A stretch of DNA of 64,000 nucleotides from a virus (lineage: Duplodnaviria; Heunggongvirae; Uroviricota; Caudoviricetes), in the IMG/VR virus record IMGVR_UViG_3300046462_000479; one strand, written 5' to 3'. A model generated the notes under the pieces. That model made no database searches and had not been told where the DNA came from. It saw only the letters and a list, made by a program, of their open reading frames with translations. A program made the position numbers and the translations under genes. This document shows positions 24,344 to 32,826 of this stretch, piece after piece. Position 1 is the first letter of the stretch; each line of letters begins with the position of its first letter.

Positions 24344-25834
24344 ATGGCAGCCGTAGCACAATCGGAACAAAGCAAGATCGAGGAGCGTCTCCGCGAATCG
24401 TTGCGGATGCTCGGCGGCGCAGCGTTCAAGGACGAGGACGTGATCAGCCGCGGCAAGCAGATGATCATCCCGGAACGGATGAGCTACCAGGACGCAGTCG
24501 ACTTCCTGGAGAAGCGGATCGCGGAAGAGGAACAGAAGACCTACTACGAGCGGACGTTCCCGTACCGGCCGATGGACGGCGCCTACTGCACCTGGGTGGC
24601 GTTGAAGGAACACTTCGGCTCGGTGTCGCACCGCTCGCAGACGGTGCAGACGATGTTCGGGCCGAAGAAGGCACCCCCGGCCATGATCGACATTCCCGTC
24701 GGACCGGACCGGATCGAGCAGGTGCCGTGGGGCAACTTCGAGATCCCGTTCCTGCCCGGAGTGGTGCTGGAACTCGGCTCGAAGTTCGACCCGGAGTTCG
24801 GACAGCTGTTCCACATCCAGGGGCAGGGCCCGAAGAAGTACCGCAACGAGGTCGAGGGCATCTTCAAGCTCGTCGCCCGGCAGCTGGCAACCTCGTCGAT
24901 CTACCGCGGCCAGGCGATCACCGGCAAGGAGACGCCCGACTTCCTCGACCTGTCCGGCATCGACCCGAAGAAGGTCACCTACAGCGAGGAGGTTCTCGCG
25001 CAGCTGGGCGCGAACGTGTGGAGCCTGATCCGCTACTCGGACGCGTTCCGTCTGGAAGGGCTGCCGTTGAAGCGGGCCGTCCTTCTCCACGGCCCGTACG
25101 GGACCGGCAAGACGCTGGCAGCGATGCTGACCGCACAGGAGTGCGTCCGCCACGAGTGGACGTTCCTGTACGCACGGCCGGGACGTGACGATCTCAACTT
25201 CGTCATGCAGACCGCCCGCCTGTACCAGCCCGCCTGCGTGTTCTTCGAGGACATGGACGTGGTTGCCGACCCCGGCACCGCGGAAGGCGACGACATCACC
25301 CGGCTGCTCGACCTGTTCGACGGCCTCACCGCCAAGAGCACCGAGATCCAGGTGATCCTGACCACCAACCACGTCGAGAAGATCCACAAGGGCATGACCC
25401 GGCCCGGCCGGTTGGACGCGATCATCGAGATCGGCAGCCTGGATGGGGCCGGAATCGAGAAGCTGATCAAGGCGGTCGTTCCGCACGACCAGCTGTCCGA
25501 CAACATCGACTGGGACAAGGTCGTCGCAGCCATGTCGGACAGCGACGGCGTGCCGGACTTCGTGCCCGCCTTCGTCAAGGAGGCGGCAGACCGGACACGT
25601 CGCTACGCGATCGCCCGCACCGGAGGCGACACCAGCGACCTGGAACTGACCACCGACGACTTCGTGCACGCAGCCACCGGCCTCCGGCCGCACCTGGACC
25701 TGATGCACGGAGCGAAGGACATGGTCGAGCGTGACCCGCTGTCGGTCGTGGTCAAGCGCGACGTCGGCCAGGAGATGGAGGTCAAGCTCCGCGAGCTGAT
25801 CCATCCCAAGTTCCTCGTCGAGGACGAAGCCTAA
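24344..25834 (+). CDS. AAA+ ATPase with a ~250-aa N-terminal domain
   Basis: Walker A GPYGTGKT, Walker B VFFEDMD, TTNHVEK...RPGRLD. Confidence 0.85.
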   Translation: MAAVAQSEQSKIEERLRESLRMLGGAAFKDEDVISRGKQMIIPERMSYQDAVDFLEKRIAEEEQKTYYERTFPYRPMDGAYCTWVALKEHFGSVSHRSQTVQTMFGPKKAPPAMIDIPVGPDRIEQVPWGNFEIPFLPGVVLELGSKFDPEFGQLFHIQGQGPKKYRNEVEGIFKLVARQLATSSIYRGQAITGKETPDFLDLSGIDPKKVTYSEEVLAQLGANVWSLIRYSDAFRLEGLPLKRAVLLHGPYGTGKTLAAMLTAQECVRHEWTFLYARPGRDDLNFVMQTARLYQPACVFFEDMDVVADPGTAEGDDITRLLDLFDGLTAKSTEIQVILTTNHVEKIHKGMTRPGRLDAIIEIGSLDGAGIEKLIKAVVPHDQLSDNIDWDKVVAAMSDSDGVPDFVPAFVKEAADRTRRYAIARTGGDTSDLELTTDDFVHAATGLRPHLDLMHGAKDMVERDPLSVVVKRDVGQEMEVKLRELIHPKFLVEDEA

Positions 25835-25839
25835 AGGAC

Positions 25840-25913
25840 GCAGCAGCCGTGAGCTAGGCGCGGCTGCTGCTCTGGGGGCTGGGTGTGACCGAACCTCCCA
25901 CGCCCAGCCCCCA
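25840..25913 (+). terminator. two tandem 10-bp GC hairpins (GCAGCAGCCG...CGGCTGCTGC; GGGGGCTGGG...CCCAGCCCCC) with no clear U-tract
   Basis: Inverted repeats seen directly. Confidence 0.35.
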
Positions 25914-25924
25914 GCCCGCACACC

Positions 25925-26617
25925 ATGAACTACTACGCGATCAAACTCAGGGTGTTCCCCGCCACGCAAGACATGGTGGAGTGGCTGGCCACTCCACCAG
26001 AACAGCTCCGCTTCCCGGCGGGAGAACGCAGCAAAACCGAGTATGTCCGTCTCATCCACGACCCGGAACGGATGCGAGACGGCTTCAGCATCAAACTCCT
26101 AGTCGAAACCGAGGACGACAACCCGCACGAATGGTCGTGGGATGAGGTGTTTGAAGTAGAAGCGGACAGGGTCGAGTTCATCCGCGCCGAACCGATCAGC
26201 GAACCGGACGGCCTCCTCTACTACGACGAAGACGAGCCAGACCGCGGCGAAGAAGCTCCGGAAGAGGAATGCTGCTACCACTGCGGCGGCTACCACAACG
26301 GCAAGCGCTGGTGGCGCGACGAGGACGGCGACGCCTACTGCTCCTCGCACTGCCTGATGGAAGTCCAAGGCGACGATGCCGTCCAGGTGTCGCCGGACGG
26401 CATCAGCTTCCACCGCAACGATGACCCGTGGCGGAAAGCCGTCGTCGGAGACCTGATCCAGCTGACCGGAGAAGGCATCATCGCCCCAGGCTGGGCCGGA
26501 CAAGTCATCCGGGTCACCAACCGGACAGACCAGAAGGTCAACTACAACGGCAAAAACCAGTGGGTTTACAACCAGGAGAACCGGTTCGCGATCGTCACCC
26601 CTAGCGAGGAGGAATAG
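25925..26617 (+). CDS. acidic hypothetical protein with a C-terminal Cys cluster (230 aa)
   Basis: CCYHCGG...WWRDEDGDAYCSSHC. Confidence 0.55.
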   Translation: MNYYAIKLRVFPATQDMVEWLATPPEQLRFPAGERSKTEYVRLIHDPERMRDGFSIKLLVETEDDNPHEWSWDEVFEVEADRVEFIRAEPISEPDGLLYYDEDEPDRGEEAPEEECCYHCGGYHNGKRWWRDEDGDAYCSSHCLMEVQGDDAVQVSPDGISFHRNDDPWRKAVVGDLIQLTGEGIIAPGWAGQVIRVTNRTDQKVNYNGKNQWVYNQENRFAIVTPSEEE

Positions 26618-27426
26618 TGGCCAAGACAACAATCACCTACCAGCCGCAGTGGTACCAGTCAGACGAGTCCCGTATCACCGCCTGGGCCGTCACCCCCGAA
26701 GAACACCTCTGGATCACGTCCATGCCGCAGATGGAGTCTCAGTCGGAGGCGCTCGACTACTGCAGGTCGTGGGACGTGGAGGGCAGCTACCGGGCCAGCC
26801 GCATCGTCGAATACACAGACGGCCTCCCGACGTCGGTCGTGTGGATGAGCGTCTGGGAGTCACCGCTCACCACCACCACCACGGAGGAGGCGGGAGCAGG
26901 ATCCGGCCTGCCAGGCGAAACGATCAAGCTGCTCGTCTGGATGGACCGCGACCAGCCGCTCGACCACTGGAACTTCCAGAACAAACTGAAAGGGCTGAGA
27001 AGCAACAACAACTGGGACCTCGTCTACGCGCGGCCGATCGACACCAAAGGACGGATGGTCCAGTACAGCGTCCGTCTCAACCTGTGGCCGGTCGGCAAGA
27101 AACCCGTCGACGAGTGGAACTGGTGGACCATCTTCGACAAGGACCCGGAAACTCAGGCCGACGAGGTCGAGGTCGTCCGCTCCAACCCGATCCCGCCGAG
27201 AGAGTTCCCGTCCGGCGTCGACACCGTCGACTGCACCAACTGCGGCAAGACTGTCGAGGCGGCCAAGCAATGGCGAGGCTGGGACGACGAACAAGACATG
27301 ATGGTGCCGTTCTGCAGCTGCCGCTGCATCGACGAGATGCACGACACCGATCGGTACCGGCAAGACCCAGACGGAGACGAACACGAGGACCCCGGCTGCG
27401 TCTGCCTGGTGACATCAGCCGCCTAA
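26617..27426 (+). CDS. hypothetical protein with a C-terminal Cys cluster paralogous to the preceding gene (269 aa)
   Basis: CTNCGK...WRGWDDEQD...CSCRC. Confidence 0.55.
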   Translation: MAKTTITYQPQWYQSDESRITAWAVTPEEHLWITSMPQMESQSEALDYCRSWDVEGSYRASRIVEYTDGLPTSVVWMSVWESPLTTTTTEEAGAGSGLPGETIKLLVWMDRDQPLDHWNFQNKLKGLRSNNNWDLVYARPIDTKGRMVQYSVRLNLWPVGKKPVDEWNWWTIFDKDPETQADEVEVVRSNPIPPREFPSGVDTVDCTNCGKTVEAAKQWRGWDDEQDMMVPFCSCRCIDEMHDTDRYRQDPDGDEHEDPGCVCLVTSAA

Positions 27427-27429
27427 CCA

Positions 27430-27445
27430 GTGTGACATGTCACAC
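27430..27445. repeat. 16-bp palindrome
   Basis: Perfect match. Confidence 0.9.
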
Positions 27446-27562
27446 TGAAAGATGCTGGGGGTGCCAGCAGGGGCGCCGGACGGTCGAAGGTAAACTTCCT
27501 CCGGCGCCCCACCTTCCAAAGGAGGTGTCCATGCCAAGCACAGTCTGAGCCTAAGGAGGCAC

Positions 27563-27826
27563 ATGCGACGCTGGCATGAAGAACAGCCGCTGATGTTTCG
27601 GCGGTGGAAGCAGGAGATGGACAAGCACGAGTACGACTGGCGGTGTCCGCCCACCGACCCGAGCGCGTGTCACTGCACGGCGGGTGTGGGGTCGATGCGG
27701 AAGCGGACGCCGCTCGGTTGCGGCAACCCTCGTTGCGGCATCTGCCACTGGTCGAAGTTCTGGGAGCCGAAACGGCGGGCCAACACGAAGCGGCGGGAGA
27801 TCGAGTTCGAGCTGAAGGTTTCATAG
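27563..27826 (+). CDS. Cys-rich hypothetical protein (87 aa)
   Basis: SD CTAAGGAGGCACATG. Confidence 0.45.
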   Translation: MRRWHEEQPLMFRRWKQEMDKHEYDWRCPPTDPSACHCTAGVGSMRKRTPLGCGNPRCGICHWSKFWEPKRRANTKRREIEFELKVS

Positions 27827-27892
27827 CCTGGGACGTCTGGCTCCCTGAACTCCAGGAGAGACAGGGCCGCAGAGCTGGACGTCCCAGAGAAA

Positions 27893-27930
27893 CAGAAAAG
27901 CCCCGAGCCTGAAGCCGGGGCTTTTCTGTG
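27893..27930. terminator. bidirectional terminator-like hairpin (AAAAGCCCCG...CGGGGCTTTTCTGTG)
   Basis: GC stem flanked by an A-run and a T-run. Confidence 0.45.
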
Positions 27931-27993
27931 AGAGGAGACGGCAGCAGGACGTCTCACCCGTGACCTTACAATGAGGGAGGCGATATTACAACC

Positions 27994-28653
27994 ATGGTCG
28001 ATCTGATCGGCAAGAGACTGAAGCTGCAGCAGCTGATGGTGGCAACGATCGCGGACCGGCAACACTGGTTCTACGACGAGGTGCGGCCGATGCCTGTCCC
28101 GGCCGCTTGGGCGAAGGGCCAGCACGTGAAGGGCGACTGTTCCAAGGGCGTCCAGTATCTGTGCCGGTGGGCGAACGCGCCCGACCCGATGCAGAACAAC
28201 TGGTCCCCTTACGGCAACTCGTCCACGATCTGGCTGGCGCTCCACCACGCGCTCGCCGCCTCCGTCCTACAGGTAGGAGACATCGTCACCTTCGGCAACA
28301 ACGGCAACGACCATGCGGCCATGGTCCTGGAAGCAGGCTCTGACCCGCTGCTGTGGAGCTTCGGACACCAGGGCGCACCCGACAGCTACCGGCTGTCCGC
28401 AGACACGCGCCCACATCAGCTGTGCGTGCTCCCCATCGTCGCTCCTCCCCCGACCATGCAAGACAAGCTGCGTGCCGCGACCGGCTACTACGCCTGGGTT
28501 GCTTGGAGGCTCGGAGAGGGCCCCTGGAAGCCGTGGGGGCCAGCCAACAAGTCGGTACGACCGAACGTGCCGAAGCTGATCCCTATGTCCTGGTGGAGGG
28601 ACTACGTGGCCTTCCTGGCAGCCAGAAAGAAAGGCAACACGGCTAGCATCTGA
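27994..28653 (+). CDS. NlpC/P60-family cysteine peptidase (candidate endolysin)
   Basis: GDCSKGVQYLC ... NDHAAMV Cys/His pair. Confidence 0.55.
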   Translation: MVDLIGKRLKLQQLMVATIADRQHWFYDEVRPMPVPAAWAKGQHVKGDCSKGVQYLCRWANAPDPMQNNWSPYGNSSTIWLALHHALAASVLQVGDIVTFGNNGNDHAAMVLEAGSDPLLWSFGHQGAPDSYRLSADTRPHQLCVLPIVAPPPTMQDKLRAATGYYAWVAWRLGEGPWKPWGPANKSVRPNVPKLIPMSWWRDYVAFLAARKKGNTASI

Positions 28654-29148
28654 TCAGGGGGAAGAAGTCGTCGAAGCCGGGACGGTGATCGTCACTATCT
28701 GCGCTGGCGGCGTGGTCACGCGTGGCCGCTCGTAGTAGAGGATGATCGCCGTGATGAACGACACCGCCAGTGCCACCAGCGAGTAGAGGATGGCGCTGAA
28801 CGCGTTCACGCCCTCACGGTGCCCTATCTGCGAGGCCATGTAATCGTTGATCGGCTTCATCGCCACTGCCGTTTTCGCGTCCAAGGCTTCCAGCCGGTCG
28901 TTAGACACGTAGGTACGGCGGATCTCGTCGATCTTGTTGGCGAGATCGTCGTGCTTATCCAGCGTGACGTAGTTGCCGCGCTCACGCTCGATCTGCTGCC
29001 GGAACTGGTTCATTGACTCCAGCCGGTACTCCAACGCGTCCTCCGCCTTATCCAACGCGTCCTTAGTGTCGTCGAAGCGCTGCTCGACGTACTGTTTAAG
29101 GGCGCGTAGCGTCCACCCCTCCCCATCTATTTCCGGTTCGCGAGCCAC
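28654..29148 (-). CDS. coiled-coil protein with a C-terminal transmembrane anchor (164 aa)
   Basis: C-terminal ILYSLVALAVSFITAIILYY. Confidence 0.55.
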   Translation of the reverse strand: MAREPEIDGEGWTLRALKQYVEQRFDDTKDALDKAEDALEYRLESMNQFRQQIERERGNYVTLDKHDDLANKIDEIRRTYVSNDRLEALDAKTAVAMKPINDYMASQIGHREGVNAFSAILYSLVALAVSFITAIILYYERPRVTTPPAQIVTITVPASTTSSP

Positions 29149-29152
29149 CCCA

Positions 29153-29761
29153 TTACACGCCAGGCGGGGTGGCTTTTAGTATGCCTCCTTGCGCCACTAC
29201 TACCTGATGCTCATGCACAAGCTCATCCTTGAACGACAGCATCGAGCGCGGGTCCGTGAACACAAGCAGCGTGTTGTTCTGCGCCTTTCTGGTCCCCGTG
29301 ACCGGGATCGTGCCTTCGCCTGACGCAGACCAGTTCGTCGACCCTTCGAAGCCGACGACGCCGTCCAGGACGCCGCCCTTGGTGTGGCTGATCTGATGGG
29401 TCTCGCTTTGGCCGATGGCGAAGTGGGCCTGGTATGCGGCAGGGTCCTGAGCCGCGTCAGAAGCAAGGATCGCTTTCTCATGCACGCCGCCCGCCTGGCT
29501 CTTATCCAACGTGATCACCGTCAACACGTTCGCGTTCTCGACGGAGTCCATGATCAACCTGTTCAGCGCGTCGTCGTCGTAGCCGAACATGTTCAAGTAG
29601 ATCGACTGTGTCACCATCCCGAACAGATACATGAGAATCCCATGAACATCATCCCGGCCCACGTAGAACAGCCGGTGGTCATCGGACGCGTCGGGAGGGA
29701 ACGCCTTCTCCAGCGTGTACGGTGCCAGATCGCCCAGAGTGAAGCTCTGTAGGCTAGTCAT
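29153..29761 (-). CDS. PLD-family (single HKD motif, Nuc-like) protein
   Basis: HTKGGVLDGVVGFEGSTN = HxK(x4)D(x6)GSxN. Confidence 0.75.
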   Translation of the reverse strand: MTSLQSFTLGDLAPYTLEKAFPPDASDDHRLFYVGRDDVHGILMYLFGMVTQSIYLNMFGYDDDALNRLIMDSVENANVLTVITLDKSQAGGVHEKAILASDAAQDPAAYQAHFAIGQSETHQISHTKGGVLDGVVGFEGSTNWSASGEGTIPVTGTRKAQNNTLLVFTDPRSMLSFKDELVHEHQVVVAQGGILKATPPGV

Positions 29762-29783
29762 CGTCCCCTCCCTTCCGCGCGTG

Positions 29784-30047
29784 TTACGGGGCCGGAGGAG
29801 TGATGCTTGCCAGCTCCGTTGCCACGGCCGCCGCAGCAGTCTGGACCGACTGGTCCTCAGCGGTCAGGTCCGCGGCGGGCTTCGCCGCAATTGCCGCGTT
29901 CACAGCGTCGATCAGCGTGTTGATAGCCGCGACGAGCGCAGCAAGATCGGTGTCGAACGTAGCCTGGTCAATCGCCATCTTGTCTAGCCTCCCTATGATC
30001 TGGTCGAGTTTGTCTTTGATCTGGTCGAATGGGTCCCATCTGCTCAT
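29784..30047 (-). CDS. Ala-rich hypothetical protein (87 aa)
   Basis: ORF track. Confidence 0.45.
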   Translation of the reverse strand: MSRWDPFDQIKDKLDQIIGRLDKMAIDQATFDTDLAALVAAINTLIDAVNAAIAAKPAADLTAEDQSVQTAAAAVATELASITPPAP

Positions 30048-30244
30048 TTGGTAGGTGGGACCTCACGGTTAAGAATCGGTGCCAGCCAGCCGCCAAAAGC
30101 CGAAATGACGCCGACAAGCGCGGCCGCTTCCGGCAACGTCACATGCACATGCATGAGCGACAGCAGCCAGACGGCGACCCCGGCACCAGTGCTGCCGAGC
30201 GCGCCGCCTACAACCTTGGGATGGAAGTCGGTGAAGCTGTTCAT
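30044..30244 (-). CDS. holin-like small membrane protein (two transmembrane segments, 66 aa)
   Basis: GGALGSTGAGVAVWLLSL...LVGVISAFGGWLAPIL. Confidence 0.45.
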   Translation of the reverse strand: MNSFTDFHPKVVGGALGSTGAGVAVWLLSLMHVHVTLPEAAALVGVISAFGGWLAPILNREVPPTK

Positions 30245-30268
30245 TGTTACCTCCTGTTGACTATCGGC

Positions 30269-30814
30269 TCAGAGGTTGGTGTGTGGGGCGTTGTCGATTA
30301 GCCAGATGTACAAGGACGGCTGGAACTGGACCGAGTTCGCATCATAGGTTGTCAGGTACATCGTCCCGCCTGATGGGACTAGCCCTGCTGTGAGGTAGCC
30401 GATCTCGAAGAACCCGGACTGGTTCGCGTACGGGGTCGCGACGTACTTGTAGTCGGGGCTGCCGATCTGCATGAATCCCGGCACGGTCGAGTTGTCCCAG
30501 TAGAGCGTGTACCGGGACCCCGCCGTCCCCGATGCGTAGAAAGAGGCGAGGGCAGCCCAATAGGTTCCCGGCTTGTGGATGATGATGGTGTGCTGTCCCC
30601 CACCACCAAACGTTGTGACCCCGTATGTGAAGATGTCGGGTGCATTGGTCGCAAATTTCGTGCTGGGGAAATCGTATCTCTGGGTGTGGGCTGCCCCTCC
30701 GGTGTTAGTGGTGTAGCTCGTCCCAGAGATGTACGCCCACGAGGTCGTGGCTACAGGATCCGACCCGAAAGGCAGATGCGTTACTGCGTGAAGTCCGATC
30801 GGCTGCCTGGTCAT
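30269..30814 (-). CDS. minor tail / fibre-like protein (181 aa)
   Basis: Position after the Dit-like gene; Gly/Thr/Tyr-rich. Confidence 0.5.
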   Translation of the reverse strand: MTRQPIGLHAVTHLPFGSDPVATTSWAYISGTSYTTNTGGAAHTQRYDFPSTKFATNAPDIFTYGVTTFGGGGQHTIIIHKPGTYWAALASFYASGTAGSRYTLYWDNSTVPGFMQIGSPDYKYVATPYANQSGFFEIGYLTAGLVPSGGTMYLTTYDANSVQFQPSLYIWLIDNAPHTNL

Positions 30815-32826
30815 GGCGTGAAGTAGGTGACGCCGTCAAACTTCGAGTACCAGGAGCGAGGCGACAGGTCCAGGTTCATCGTCCACTGCGGCACGTTCGC
30901 GTAGCCGACACTGACCTGGTTGTGGATGCCCTCGACGAAGAACTGTGTTGCTTTGAAGCCGCCGCCGCCAGGGTTCGTTTCCGTCACGATCACAATGTCT
31001 CCTATCTCGACTCCGGTCACGAACTTCCACCAGGCCGGACCCAGGCTGTCGTTCGGTGGGATCGTCTGGAAGGTGATCTTCGAGATCATCTCGACCGGGT
31101 TCTTGTAGTTGTCCACGAAATACTGGCCGAAGATCGCTGTCTCGTTCACGCCCGACCCGTTCGAGTCTGATGCGGGCTTGTTCACTCCGTCACCTCCCGG
31201 CTGTGTGGCCGGGAACGGAGAGCCGACAGGGCCGACGATGCTGGACGTGATCAGCAGATCGGGGATGGACAGAACACGAGTCCCGTACTGATTAATCGAC
31301 GTCGGATCGGTCTTCAGGTTTGCTGAAATCAGATTCTGCACGATGTTGTACGGCATACACAAGCAGGCGTTGATCACGTTCTTCAGGTCCAACGTCCACT
31401 CGATGTCGCTGATCGGCGCATACCCGAACGTCTGTGCGGCGTTCCTGTCTCCCACGTTCCAGACGATGATCTGTTTCGATCCCGGCTGCGGATTCGCGTT
31501 CACGTCACGCGTCTCGTAGTTGGCCGGGTTCAGTCGTGACCAGCGTCCACGGAACGCGACCTGTCCCCACCTGTCCATGAATACGTTTGCGACGTTCGGG
31601 AACTCGGCGTCCGCAGCGTCCTGCATGACCGCAAGCGTCGATGTCTGCGGGTTATAGACCGTCTGTTGCATGTCCACGTTGCCGGTGAAGATGTTCCTCC
31701 ACGAGGCGGGCCATCCTGCATCGTTCAGGACCGCATTAATGCGATCGTCGACTTGTTGGGCGACATAGGTGGTGGTACCAGTCGAATCCGGGACAACCTC
31801 GGCACGGGAGAGAAGCTCGAACCCGTCAGTCAGGTTGACGACGGGAAGCATCAGCCGTGCCGCCTGGTCGGCGAACGTCCAGTCCCACGACTCCACAAAC
31901 CCGGTGAACATGTCATGGTAGGAGCCGTCGACGGGGTTCTGGACAGTGATTTTTGCCTGGGCCAGCGGGCCGATGTTTCCGAAGAATGGACCGCTCTTAT
32001 TGGTCGGGTCGAACACGCCGGTCGGGTCTTCTAGTGTGATCGTGGCCGTCCCGGCCTGCGTCTTGTCCAGCTCGTACTGGCGTCCTCGATCGGACGTCCA
32101 GGCCGTCACCACGTTCTGGTTGTTCGGAAACGACGCGTTCGGATACGAGGGATCGTCGAGACGAACCCAGACAGGAGACGTCTCATACGTGCTGCTCGTA
32201 AAAGCGATACGGATACCTTCACCGGCCGACGCACCGCTCGCACCAGAAATGCCGCTAAAACCTATACCAGCAGACCCGTTAGAAAACAGTCTCGCCTTGA
32301 AAGCTAGACTTGTATTTGCGCTCGGGTAAAGGATCGCTGACGTCGTCGGGTTGGAACCGAAACTAAGATCGCTGATCGTCAGCGTCTTGGTTCCTCCGTC
32401 ACCGACAACCGTCGGCAGGGTGCCGGACACGTCGGCGGAGAACTTGTAGGTGATGCCGTTGACGCTCGGGAACTGGACGCTCACCACTCCCGTCCCCCCG
32501 GACCCGCCGTCATAGTTCCAGACGACACCCACATATCCCTGATCTACATTGCCGGAAGTAGTCCCGTACTTAAACACGATGATGGAAATAAAGAGGAGAG
32601 GAGCTGCTGTCCTTTGCACATCCGAGAAGAACGTCTGCCCTGACGTCAGCCCGCCTACCGTAGTGATATGCAACGTCAGGTTCCCGGCACCATCAGACGT
32701 CCCGGAAACAGTTGCAGAGTTCGGGTCGCCCGAAAACAAATTATATGACGTTGTTGCCGCCAGACCAGTACACGTAGCGATGATGTCCGTGGAGCCGTTA
32801 TAGCTCCAAGAAACAGCGGCGGCCAT
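30811..32826 (-). CDS. minor tail protein (distal tail / Dit-like, 671 aa)
   Basis: Immediately downstream of the tape measure gene. Confidence 0.6.
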   Translation of the reverse strand: MAAAVSWSYNGSTDIIATCTGLAATTSYNLFSGDPNSATVSGTSDGAGNLTLHITTVGGLTSGQTFFSDVQRTAAPLLFISIIVFKYGTTSGNVDQGYVGVVWNYDGGSGGTGVVSVQFPSVNGITYKFSADVSGTLPTVVGDGGTKTLTISDLSFGSNPTTSAILYPSANTSLAFKARLFSNGSAGIGFSGISGASGASAGEGIRIAFTSSTYETSPVWVRLDDPSYPNASFPNNQNVVTAWTSDRGRQYELDKTQAGTATITLEDPTGVFDPTNKSGPFFGNIGPLAQAKITVQNPVDGSYHDMFTGFVESWDWTFADQAARLMLPVVNLTDGFELLSRAEVVPDSTGTTTYVAQQVDDRINAVLNDAGWPASWRNIFTGNVDMQQTVYNPQTSTLAVMQDAADAEFPNVANVFMDRWGQVAFRGRWSRLNPANYETRDVNANPQPGSKQIIVWNVGDRNAAQTFGYAPISDIEWTLDLKNVINACLCMPYNIVQNLISANLKTDPTSINQYGTRVLSIPDLLITSSIVGPVGSPFPATQPGGDGVNKPASDSNGSGVNETAIFGQYFVDNYKNPVEMISKITFQTIPPNDSLGPAWWKFVTGVEIGDIVIVTETNPGGGGFKATQFFVEGIHNQVSVGYANVPQWTMNLDLSPRSWYSKFDGVTYFTP

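Noticed and set aside
24296-26059. 587-aa minus-strand ORF
   Set aside because: Antisense to the AAA+ ATPase gene, which has unambiguous Walker motifs; the composition is biased and not protein-like.
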